The translations under genes and the position numbers were made by a program. Source: Andalucia godoyi And28 (lineage: Eukaryota; Protista; Jakobida). From it: a DNA stretch of 37,372 bases. The DNA is taken from positions 250,367 through 287,738 of the forward strand of contig VRVR01000035.1 in the NCBI GenBank assembly GCA_009859145.1. The letters are read 5' to 3'. The notes beneath the pieces were generated by a model. That model had not been told where the DNA came from. It was given only the letters and a program-made list of their open reading frames with translations, and searched no databases. Shown here one piece after another: positions 1 through 10,400 of this stretch. Numbering within the stretch: the stretch's first letter is position 1; each line of letters begins with the position of its first letter.

Positions 1-6
1 GTAGTA

Positions 7-42
<36 letters not shown>
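7..42. repeat. Compound microsatellite (TC)13(TG)5
   Basis: Read directly from the sequence. Confidence 0.95.
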
Positions 43-43
<1 letters not shown>

Positions 44-345
44 CTTGTTTATCATCAGAATGTCCTCGTGATTCAAAGATTTGCTGATCAGTGCTCAACA
101 AATACAGTGGTCTTCCCCTCCTTTTTCTTTAAATATATGCGTTACAGGACTTCCATTGTTGACTGATCGTCGTGGTTCCTGCACAGCAATTCACGCCGCG
201 AGTGGTGATCCATTTTAATCGACTAAAAGATAGTTTTTCAGTTCTTTTTCTCAAATCGGTTTCAGTTTCTGTGGAATTGTCGTTCTGTGAATCCGTGCAC
301 ACCTCTTGACTTGCCCTACCAACGCGCTACCCGGATTGCCACGTT

Positions 346-1431
346 CTAACTGTGCATTCCGAGTTGCCGAAGTTTTTCCGCTGCAAGCAGAAACGTCGCA
401 GCACCAGCTCCGAGAAACTGGCCGTCTTGGATGAGTTGCAGAACACGAGACAACGGCATTCGCTTCACAAAGATAAACTCTTCTTCGTCCATCTGCATCG
501 GACTCGGATCCTCCTCTGGATCCAAGATCAAGAATGGCGTAACAAGCGCCTCTGTTGATTTCGACTGTCGCATACGCAACGTTAGACAGAGAAAACTCAA
601 GCAAGGAGAAACAAAGAAACCACCATTATCGCAAACGGGTATTGGAAATAACATCGAAACATACAAATGCTAACCCGCATGATGTAAGCGGAATGATCTT
701 TTCCAGATTTGGCTGTCGGAGCCGCACTTCTTCGCTGAGTTCCGCCTGCACACAGTCGACGAGGTTCGCGTGCTTCTTCTTGTCGAATCCACCTCCTGGG
801 AGCGTCCATTGCATTTTCCCAACCCCGAATGCATATTCGCAAATCACTGTAACCATTTTCTGTCACAATAAAATATGAGAAAGCGCACGCCAACCAGCAG
901 CAGAAGCAATAATAACGCGTCCGAAAAGCACGAACAGTCTGGACAGTTGCAGAGATTGAAGGAGGAAAACCAAACAACAAGAAACAACAAAACGTACAGT
1001 GTCAGAGTGGTAGGCAAACATTTGGACGTAGCTTGCATTTTTCGATACAGTGTCGAACTGAAATGTCTTTCCGGAAGGATACTTTACCCATTTCTTTGTA
1101 ACCTGTGCATAGTTCTTGAATGCGAGCTCCGATTTCTCAATGTCAAATGGAAGCTGCATCACTTCTGTTGTGTTTTGACTCGCAATATTTAAAAATTCAA
1201 AAAAATAAATAAAAGATAAAAAAATTAAATTAAAAATAAAAATAATAAATCAAACACACACGCACACACACGCACACACACGCACGCACACACAAAGATG
1301 AGCAAACGTCGTGAAATAACGTCGTGAAAATAAAAAATTGCAGCAGATTGCTTGAGGGCCGCGTGCAACACAAGATACATACCGTCTTCATTCAGATTCT
1401 CATATCCAGCAGGCGTGTACAGAAATGCCAT
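346..1431 (-). CDS. Nudix hydrolase, 4 exons (1431-1383, 1164-998, 859-665, 564-346), 209 aa
   Basis: Three ORF-track fragments plus a 49-nt first exon join in frame through GT-AG introns (donors GTATGT, GTACGT, GTATGT; CTAAC branch-like site in the last intron). The product has a degenerate Nudix box, LPGGGFDKKKHANLVDCVQAELSEEVRL, and a downstream DEEEFIFV segment typical of ADP-ribose/sugar pyrophosphatase-like Nudix enzymes. The start ATG lies in an ACCATGG context. Confidence 0.8.
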
Positions 1432-1646
1432 GGTTCGCCTTCCTGTGATTCACCACCAAAAATGTGCTGTCCTCCTCCCCTGCCTTTCCTGCCAAACCTC
1501 CAGAAACCAAAGAAGCCTGAGCCAGCGCGCACACAAGAAGCTGCGGGCGGAGAATCGCATGGTCGACAGCTTTCAAACCGAGGGTTTTCTGATTGTCCTT
1601 CATTGTCGCTTCTCCATTGCACAATGCAGAATCAGATTTAGTGCAC

Positions 1647-1682
1647 TTTTCATTTTCATTTTCATTTTCATTTTCATTTTCA
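1647..1682. repeat. Hexamer tandem repeat (TTTTCA)6 in the divergent Nudix/PDHX intergenic region
   Basis: Read directly from the sequence. Confidence 0.95.
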
Positions 1683-1791
1683 TATCCAATCGCACAGTTT
1701 AAACCCCCCATACGCTCTCTCCGTCCCTTTCTCCGCCCTCTTTCTCATTCAAATATTAATTTGCTTGTTTCTTAAATAGCGAGATTGGAAG

Positions 1792-3442
1792 ATGTCGGTA
1801 TTTCGAATTCCTATTCGTCTCTATGCAAGTATGTCTCTCGTTTGTCAGAGTTGCTCCCTCTTTTGTGATGAAGAAGATGATGATTACAATTGTTTCAGTT
1901 TTTCTCACTTGAATTTAACTTCTTCTTTCGCCTCACCCTCCTCCTTTTATTATTTGGCGATTTTTTAATGAATTAGCCGGGTCTCCGATTACGATGCCTG
2001 CGCTGTCGCCGACGATGGCCAAAGGAAACCTTGTTCGGTGGCTCAAGAAGCCTGGTGACCGAATCCGTCCGGGCGATGCACTTGCGCTGATTGAAACCGA
2101 CAAGGCATCCCTCGATTTTGAAGCCACGGAAGCGGGATTCTTTGCGCGTGCTGTTGTTCCAGACGGCTCTGAAAACATTCCTGTGGGAACTCTTGTGGCA
2201 CTCACTGTCGAGAAGGCAGAAGACGTTTCCACCGTCACACTTCCTTCGTCCTCTTCCACTTCCTCCGCTGCTGCTGCGGTACCTTCTCCGTTTTCGTCTG
2301 CACCCTCAACTTCGAAACCTGCACCATTCGCGCAGGGTGCCCGAATGGGTGGGCTGGACACGGTTTCCGTGGAAGCCTCGCTTGACCGAGCGGCTATGAT
2401 CTCTCGGTCGGCAATCACCCCAGGACGAATTGCTCCTTCCGCACGGTACATCCTCGGATCCGCTGGCATTGATCCGCGGTCTGTGGTGGGAACCGGTCGT
2501 CATGGAATAGTGTCCAAGACAGACGCGCTCCGTGCAGTTTCCTCGTTCTCATTGTTGTCACAAGCTGCGCAGTCTGCGCTGGATGGCTTGGCGAAGCCGT
2601 CGGCCGCAGCAGCTGCAATTCATTCAGCAGGATCATCATCGTCATCATCATCGTCATCATCATCAACTACAACAACAAAGGGAGCACCAACTGCAGCTGG
2701 ATCCGGGCAGGCGAATGAGTTTACGGATGTGAAGACTACCACAATCCGAAAGATTATCGCAACAAGACTCCTGGAATCCAAGCAAACCCATTCGCATTCG
2801 TACGTTTCCGGGCGGATTGACATTTCAAAGCTGGCTGAACTGCGGGCATCCAACACTGCATCAAAGTTCTCGGTCAACGATGCGCTCATTCTCGCTGTTG
2901 CAAAGGCGATTGCCATTACGCCGACCTTCCGAGAGTCGTCTGCATCCGCGGACTACGATGTGTCGTTCGCTGTGGCGACCCCAAAGGGACTTCTTACGCC
3001 TGTGGTACGCCGTCCGCAGACAAAGTCTGTTACTCAGATAGCCGCGGAAGTTCGCGATCTTGCAGCAAGAGGGCGGCAAGGTGCGCTCAAGCCAGAGGAA
3101 ATGGCAGGAGGTGTGTTTTCCGTCTCCAATCTCGGCATGCTTGGAATCGACTCGTTTGCCGCCGTCATCAACCCGCCCCAGCTGGGAATTCTTGCAGTGT
3201 CCAGGGCGAATGCGACCGCTGTCATGGGGGACAGCGTGTTGTTTCCTCTGGTCGAGCCACTGGATGAACAGCCTGCAAAGAAAGCCGCACAGCCGGCGCA
3301 GGGCGAGTCGTACAAGGAAGGTGCCATGTGGATGAACGTCCAGCTTTCCTACGATGCGACACGAGTGCCAGAAACATCTGCTGTTTTGTTGCTGCAGAAT
3401 CTCCAGCTTCTCATCCAAGATCCAATGAACCTGGCACTCTGA
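1792..3442 (+). CDS. PDHX: Pyruvate dehydrogenase E2-like protein lacking the catalytic His (E3-binding protein / protein X-like); exons 1792-1828 and 1977-3442
   Basis: Lipoyl domain MPALSPTM...IETDKA with the lipoyl-Lys intact, peripheral subunit-binding domain (PSARYIL...GTGRHGIVSKTDAL) and 2-oxoacid acyltransferase core (FSVSNLGMLG, AVINPPQ). The DHRxxDG motif is replaced by DATRVPE. A 37-nt exon 1 (MSVFRIPIRLYA, presequence-like) joins in frame via a GTATGT...TTAG intron (1829-1976). The gene symbol is tentative. Confidence 0.75.
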
Positions 3443-3754
3443 CATGTCCACTCGAATAAAAATGACGATTTCCCAGCTTATTTCGGATTGCGCTGTCTTC
3501 CAGGAGATTCTGTGCAGTGTGTGTACCTCAGAAGGCGATTTGTCCTTTCCCTCCTCCTTCCCCACCCGATCCAGCGTTGATGTTGGTCTCCTCGATAAGC
3601 TCTTTACATTATGTCTTAATTCTGTTGTGTTTTGTATTGCATCCATCACATTCTTGGAAAAAAAGAATCCTTTACTTGTGCTGGCCATGTATCATTGCTG
3701 GACATCGTCGTGGCTTGCGACGAGCAGCGATTGCGGAGGGAAAAAGAGAAAACA

Positions 3755-3755
3755 T

Positions 3756-3794
<39 letters not shown>
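3755..3794. repeat. Compound microsatellite (TG)13(AG)7
   Basis: Read directly; a reverse-complement arrangement (CT)8(CA)10 occurs at 14552-14587. Confidence 0.95.
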
Positions 3795-4395
3795 GGGGCA
3801 AGGATGGTGCAGTGTACTGGGGGTTGCCGGCGATTTTCCGAGTGTGGGCTTCCTGGTTCCAGACCAGTTACATCGGCATCTGAGCAGCGCGGTTGTGGAC
3901 CGTCGGGAAATTGCGAGCGTGTCGTAGCAGCCAGTCATGAACACGAGTGGGCTACCGTGAATCCTTTGCTGATATCGTACGCTGATGTGAGCAAGCTGCG
4001 GTCCTTTTCCAGCACCCGATCTGCGACCTTCCACTCCGCTGTCAGCGCGTCAGAGCAAAATGCGAACGGTTGCGGTTGCCTGAGCACACCGGATAGGGAT
4101 CTGATTGTACACGAGTGGGCCGATCTCACTGAATCCAGAAGCGTGCTGGGCGTGTTTTGGCGTTTGTGCAGACTGGGGTTCCGACGTCCTCTCTTGTTTT
4201 CTGGGGACTGGCTTCCACCATGTTCAGTTTCCGTCACCGCCCTTCGTTTCTTTCCCTTCCTTCTTTTTTTTCCCTCCCCCCTCCTCCAGCTTTCGATTTG
4301 ATTTGATTCCTTTACTTTCTCAAGAACACACAAGATCATTCACTCCACCGAGATTCGGCCAAATTGAGCATCGACAGCAACATCAGCAACAAGTC

Positions 4396-5526
4396 ATGAG
4401 CCTTCCCGTCGACTCGGTTGCAGCAGCCAATGCGGCGCCAATGATAAGCCAAATGAGCGATATTGTCGCAGTTTTTACCTTCCTTTGCATCTGCATTCTC
4501 TTGTTTCGCATCGTGATCCCGTACGCGATGCGTAACTCCTGCACATACACTACAAAGTTCAACGACGTGCAGCAGCGCGCCGTTTCCATTTTCATCATTC
4601 GGGCAATTTTGGAGTTTGGATGTGCCGTTGCCCTCGGGATCTACCTGCCGATCATCTTCACCACAGAGACGTTCTTCGATGCGCAGTCTATTATGCTTCC
4701 CCGTATCTTTGCATATGGGATCAGTGCGATGTACATGTTTGAATTGTGCGTCCGGGACTGCAAGCTGCCGTCCGTGGTGCACCATCTGGTCGCCGCCGGA
4801 TCGATTTTGTATGCAGACTTGGACAGCAAGATGAAGCTAAGCGTGCCAGGAAGTGCACGTCCAGAAGAGATTTACATTATCGGAGAGTATATCGAAGCCG
4901 TGGCATTCTGGGCGGTCGGGCTCACATGCTTCATTGATATGGGAATGATTGCGTACTACTTTTGCAAAGAGAATGCCCGGCTTCGCGTGACATTCCTGCC
5001 CAAATTTCTCTTAGGACTGGCATCGTTTGTGTTTGGTCTTCGAACCATTCAGTGGACTGTTGTTGCCTACTTCATTCACATTCACTGGGGATTCTTCTCC
5101 CCTGCACAGCGTCTTCTTTTGGCTCCCTTGTCGGCAATCTGGGCGTATGTTGAGTTCCAGACAGGATTCATTATTCTCGGTCTTCGTGCTCGCGTTATCC
5201 AAGAGAACAAGGCAAGCGTTTCTGTTTCCGCTTCTCCGGAAAAGCACGCACCGACCTCGACACCAAGCTTGCAGCACAGCCAATCGGCTGACGTGGATGC
5301 GCCTGTGCACGCAAAAGCGTTCACACTTTCTGTTCCCCACACGGCTGTCAACCGATCGCTGTGTGCATTGCGGAAGACGGATTCACAAGAGTCTCTGCAC
5401 CGACCACTCACACCAGAGCCTTCGTCGGACTATACGTGCAGCGATTTGGATGTCGATTGGAAGGATGATTTGTTGTCTCCGCTCACTCCTTTTGATGACT
5501 CCCTTTCCTGCATCTCCCAACACTAA
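4396..5526 (+). CDS. Multi-pass membrane protein, TLC (TRAM/LAG1/CLN8)-like domain
   Basis: Long ORF (4105-5526) whose first plausible ATG is at 4396. It has about six hydrophobic helices, the motif YMFELCVRDCKLPSVVHHLVA typical of TLC domains, and a Ser/Pro-rich cytosolic tail. The start is uncertain. Confidence 0.6.
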   Translation: MSLPVDSVAAANAAPMISQMSDIVAVFTFLCICILLFRIVIPYAMRNSCTYTTKFNDVQQRAVSIFIIRAILEFGCAVALGIYLPIIFTTETFFDAQSIMLPRIFAYGISAMYMFELCVRDCKLPSVVHHLVAAGSILYADLDSKMKLSVPGSARPEEIYIIGEYIEAVAFWAVGLTCFIDMGMIAYYFCKENARLRVTFLPKFLLGLASFVFGLRTIQWTVVAYFIHIHWGFFSPAQRLLLAPLSAIWAYVEFQTGFIILGLRARVIQENKASVSVSASPEKHAPTSTPSLQHSQSADVDAPVHAKAFTLSVPHTAVNRSLCALRKTDSQESLHRPLTPEPSSDYTCSDLDVDWKDDLLSPLTPFDDSLSCISQH

Positions 5527-5821
5527 GCCAGCTGTATGCACGGCTGTTTTCAGATGTCTCAGAGTATTCCGCAACCTCTTCAAAAAAGAAAAGAAGAACA
5601 CGGTCCGCAGGAAGTGTCGATACAGAACACATCCTCCCACGCTGACGGTGAATCGATTTCCCCCTTTCTTCCCCCTTCGCCGCAAATCGTCCAACACAAA
5701 TGCGACCCAGGAATGACGGACAGATCCAATAGTATTTCGATAGTATAATAAAAGTATCATTTTTCTTTTTATAATTGTTTGTAACGCCATCACATTTTCT
5801 CCTGCACGTCGCGACAATTGA

Positions 5822-6976
5822 CTACCGACTGCTTTCGGAGAAGTTGGAGTGACCAGTTTTCTGGGCATGTTCCAAAGCAGCCTTCTCACCTACAAGCTTC
5901 GCCCCGCAAGCCCCACACTGAAGCGTGAATCCTGCGACGTCTGTGAACTGCCCGTTGTCCTTCAGTCTTTGCACAAGCTGTTGCAATGCTCCAAATGTAT
6001 ACGTGTCTTCAGGATCGAAAACGGAAATGTCAAAGTCCACAGGGCCGTCCTGGACGGGATTCATCACGAGTGCATCGTAGTGGATGCCGTCGTACAACAA
6101 ATAGACTCGCTCTACATATCCGGCTGCTTCTCCAAATACCAACGGCTGTGCGGTCCGTATATCCCACGCACAAATCTCGACCTGGAAATGCTTTGCGAGA
6201 ATGGCTAGTTCAATGGCGCCTCCCCAGTGGTCTTCATTCCGTATCCACAAAACATAACTTTGAGGAGTCTTTCCTAGTATCGCATCATTGAACTCGACCG
6301 GATCGCTTTGTACGGTCTTTGCAATCACTTCGCGAAGATCCTTTGAGGTCTTTGCAGAATGTGCGCAGCTCGGATACACCTTCAAAAAGGAAAGAAACAA
6401 GCACGAGTTGTTCGACGGAACCTCTCGCCGGACCGCAAAGGCATCGGACACTGCAGACGGACGCGGCTTGACAGCACACGTCTGGAGTAGAGTGTCGTCC
6501 ACAACGCCTCGTCCAGCATCTCTGGGCAGGCTTTGTGATGCTTCGTGCGTGGATTGTGTCAAAGAGACGCCTTTTCCACTCGCGTCGTTCCCAACAGTAA
6601 TAAGATCACCGTCCGCTACTTTCAGGTCCGAAAGCTTCGCCGCATCCTGAGCAGCAAGTAACACTGGAGGAAACCCGACCTTCACTATTTTTTGGTTTGT
6701 TGTGTGATCATCAGCAACATGCGCCAAAACAAAACAAAAAGAAAAGGAAAAAGGAAAAACAAACAAACAATAAAGGATGAATCGTAAGCGACAGTCCTTG
6801 GTTGTTAAAAGACAAGAACGCGCAAAAGTGTGGAAGAAGAGAGACGTACATTGCAGATTGCTTATAGCGATGTTCTCCAACAAGGATATCTTTTGCAGGA
6901 GAGAAAGGAACGAGTCGGTTGCACTGACCGAGTCAATCACGGAGTTTCCTCGCTGTGACCGAATTCTCAAGCGCAT
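5822..6976 (-). CDS. OTU1: OTU1/YOD1-family deubiquitinase (UBX-like, OTU and C2H2 domains); exons 6976-6850 and 6684-5822
   Basis: Motifs VPSNNSCLF (catalytic Cys), WGGAIELAIL, LLYDGIHYDAL (catalytic His/Asp) and C-terminal CGACG...HAQKTGH zinc finger. Removing the GTACGT...ATAG intron (6849-6685) gives SNLQLKVGFPP, matching the UBX-like domain. Confidence 0.92.
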   Translation of the reverse strand: MRLRIRSQRGNSVIDSVSATDSFLSLLQKISLLENIAISNLQCTSLFFHTFARSCLLTTKDCRLRFILYCLFVFPFSFSFCFVLAHVADDHTTNQKIVKVGFPPVLLAAQDAAKLSDLKVADGDLITVGNDASGKGVSLTQSTHEASQSLPRDAGRGVVDDTLLQTCAVKPRPSAVSDAFAVRREVPSNNSCLFLSFLKVYPSCAHSAKTSKDLREVIAKTVQSDPVEFNDAILGKTPQSYVLWIRNEDHWGGAIELAILAKHFQVEICAWDIRTAQPLVFGEAAGYVERVYLLYDGIHYDALVMNPVQDGPVDFDISVFDPEDTYTFGALQQLVQRLKDNGQFTDVAGFTLQCGACGAKLVGEKAALEHAQKTGHSNFSESSR

Positions 6977-7434
6977 TATTTTCCCAAATCTCTCCAGCGT
7001 ACCGGGGCTCTATTGCCTGTACTACTACTACTACTACTGCTCCGCGTGGAAATGTTGCTACATGCACGCCTGACGAGATACCCAGCTTTTTTCCTTTCCG
7101 CAGTTCCCTTCTGTTCCACTCAGCGTTCTCAAAAGGAATGTCGAGCAGTTTCCTTGCACTAGAACGCGGAAATGCCCGAAAGCCCCCGACAGCTTTTTGC
7201 CCAAGCCCTTCTTCTCTCTTCCATGTTCTTGCATCAGCATCAATTCTCCAAGAAGACAAAAAGAGATCGAGAATCTCCGTTGTTTCACATTCCACATTTT
7301 CTCAGAAAAGCATGGTTTTGCTTGCTTCCTATAATCATTATTCATCATCATTCGCCATTATTCGTTCGTCGGTCGTCGATCGTCGTTTGTCGTTTGTCGT
7401 GGGTCTAGATTTTGTCAGAGTGAATTGGATTTGA
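6977..7434. promoter_or_regulatory. Probable bidirectional promoter region between OTU1 and WDR7
   Basis: 458 bp separate two divergent start codons; positional inference only. Confidence 0.4.
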
Positions 7435-10400
7435 ATGTCACTGCGTTTGCCACTGGTGTTTTGGTATGGAGCGCCAGCTCACACGATAACTTGCGCAACA
7501 CTCGCTGCGGATAATGAGACAGTGTTCACTGGATCGTCAGAGGGAAACATCGCTCTGTGGAGAATAGTTCGGAAATCATCATCTTCAGCAGCAGCATCGG
7601 CAGCACCGTTGCAAGGACTTACGATTGCCACAACGGGCTTGATGCCGGCGCCAGAAGTTCGTGTGGTTGCGATTCTCTCATTTCGCCTGTCGCCGATCAT
7701 CGGAATATGCAGAGGAGTGTATGGATCCCGAGATGTTATCATCAGTGCTTCGGAAGACGGTTTTTTGGCAGTGTGGAACATGGATGGCAGCCGAGTTTAC
7801 TCCTCAGCGACGCTGCTCCCTGCATTTCCGACGATTGTCAAGGCGGTTCCGAACCACAGCTCTTGCATCGTGGTTGGGTTTGCGTCGGGCCAAATCTCCA
7901 TAATTGATATTCAAAGGCAACTTGTCCTGCAAACACTAAGTGGGCACTCTGATTCGATTACATCCATGTCGTTGCCTGCAACGCCTCGTGCGGGTATCAT
8001 TCCGAATGAAACAGAACGGCCTTCCACGTTCACGATGTTTACTGGCTCGCGAGACTGCACCATTCGGTTTTGGACAGTCTCCCAGTCGAGCGTTGTCGGA
8101 TGCGTTGTTCTAAATCTGCCGCATGATCGCGTACCGCGTTTTCTCGATTCCTCTTTTTCCTACGGCGAGCTGTTGTTGGTAGGGTTTTATGACAGATGGC
8201 TAGTTTACTCTTTTCCGGAGCTAAATCTGATTTGCAGGCATCTGCTGCCGAAAGACCGTGCAGAGAATCCCGTTTTCCACCTCAAAGGCGGGCTCTTCTA
8301 CGATCCGGACCACGTCATGATTTTCTCACGAAACCAAGAGTGTGTTGTCTATTCCATTGTTGGCAATGCGTCTGCGTTATTCTCGACCGTGTCCTCCTCA
8401 GACGGATCGTCGGATGCTGCAAGGCGGCCGGACTTGTCCATGGTTTTCTCCCAACTGGGACGCATCAGCTTGTCAAAAACATTGTTGGATGCGACGCGGA
8501 TGTTGGTGTTTGGCTCTTTAGGTCTTGAGAACCAGTCTCGGACGTATCCATCGTCTTTGCAATCCAGCAATCTTCCATCACCACGAGGTGGGTCAGGCGT
8601 GCATTCTCCGAGCATGGAGGGCTTTGGCAAACATTCTGGATCTCGTTTGGATATGGCTTCCGCGGAGGACGCCAAGACAGAGAATGCGACAGGTACTGTC
8701 AAGGAAATGTCCTCGAAACGTCGCGCCAGCACGAGAGTCCGGGATTCCATGACTAAAAAAGTCAGCAAGCAAGGATTTTTTGAGGACGTGATTGTATTGG
8801 ACGATCTCAACGAAACGTTCCAAGACGACCCCAATGCTGACGTGACCGCCGTGCGGGACGGCCATGTGGAAATTGGTCGCTTTTCAACCTCTGGTCCTAT
8901 CCGAACCGCAGTCTGCATTCCATCCACGGACAGTGCATTGATCATGCTTGAAAATGGCTCTATTGCTTCCGTGAATGTCGAGGACAGCAACCTGCAGTCC
9001 TCCAAGAAAGAGTATCCTCTGGGTGCTTGTTTCCAGCATTCCTTCTTTGATAGCCAGCGCGACAGACGTTTAGTAACCTGTTCGACGACAACATCGACAT
9101 TGGAATCTGCTGTTCCTTTTCTGGTCCACGGATTTGACAACGGAGATCTTTGCGTCGAGCACATTCCCTCGTTTGCAATTTCCTCTTCTACGAGTCCTGT
9201 GAGTTCTGGCTCGTTGTCTGTCACTTGGACTGGTCATCGATGTGCGATTTCCTGTCTTCGAATTCTGAATTTCCGTGGCAAGTCTCTGCTGCTGTCCGGA
9301 TCGCTGGATGGGAATGTACGAGTATGGAGCCTTGCAGATGCCGCGCTGTCCGCATCTGCCGCCTTTTCAAACGTTGGAAGCAGCAGTAATGGGTTTCTGG
9401 TATCTCATTGGTCACATGCTGGGAAGGTTGTGATGCTGGGTCCAGCACCCAATCAAGCCGAGTACTTCTACTCGCTCAGCACCACCGATCGCTCTCTAGT
9501 GCTTTATTCGCTGTCGTCGTTTGAAATTGTGCACAAATTTTATGGGCACGATTCGGACCTCCTCGCTGTCTTTTGGCGTCCTGCAGAGGATTTTGTGGAG
9601 ATGTACGGCGCAGAAGATGTTGTGCACGTCTGGCAAATTTCTACTGGCGTTCTTGAGCGCATGATCACTGGTTCGTCTGCACGGGAGTTGCTTCGGTACG
9701 CCTTGGGAACGGGGATGGTGTATCCGTTGTTTTTGCGAGACGCTCCCAAGGTTATGGCTCTTGCGGATAACAACCCCAGTTCCATGTCGATCGGAGGCGC
9801 CGGCATTTTGGCAAACCAGCACACACATCTTCCGCTTTCTCGGTTTCTTTTGGATATTGATCAAGTGCTGACGACCATTGCTCAGTATACGCGGCTGAAG
9901 GCAAATCTTCCAATGTCCTTGCGAGTTGCTCTCTCATTGCTTCTGTCAGATTTCATGGATGTCTATGAGAATGGGGACAAAGAATTTGCATACATGCAGC
10001 ACATGGGAATTGTCACGACAATCCGGAAGCCTTGCTATGCTTACGCTGACGCCGTGGTCAACTATGTCCCGACTGCCTTTGAGCGGAAAAGGGACGGCAC
10101 CGTTTCAGATGACCTGCGGGTATGGCAGCTGTCGCCTCGGTTTGCTGCGCTTCATGTATTCAGCGTGTTTGCCGCGTTGAAAACAATGGTGAACAGACGC
10201 AATTTTACTGTAGAGTGCTTGGCATTAATTGATTCTTTTCTCGGGAATCGCTTGCTCTTGTCTGACAATTTTTCAAAGTCTTCGGGAGACTACTTTTTGA
10301 TCTGGGCCACGTACTTGTTTTCAGCGTCCTCGCGCTACTTCTCTCTTGCTTCAGACCTCATCAAGACCGTGCTGTCGATGTTGTCTGAATCGCAGCTACG

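Noticed and set aside
1392-1711. Short ORFs upstream of the Nudix gene
   Set aside because: An in-frame stop precedes the Nudix ATG, and the ORFs are partly built from the TTTTCA repeat; treated as promoter/UTR.
2861-3688. 275-aa antisense ORF over PDHX, and similar antisense ORFs at 8349-9224, 13481-14158, 21319-22023 and 36073-36420
   Set aside because: Shadow frames of real coding sequence with no recognisable motifs.
6394-6417. OTU1 PSNNSC instead of the usual PADNSC
   Set aside because: The catalytic Cys and the HYD His/Asp are intact, so the Asp-to-Asn change is unlikely to abolish activity.
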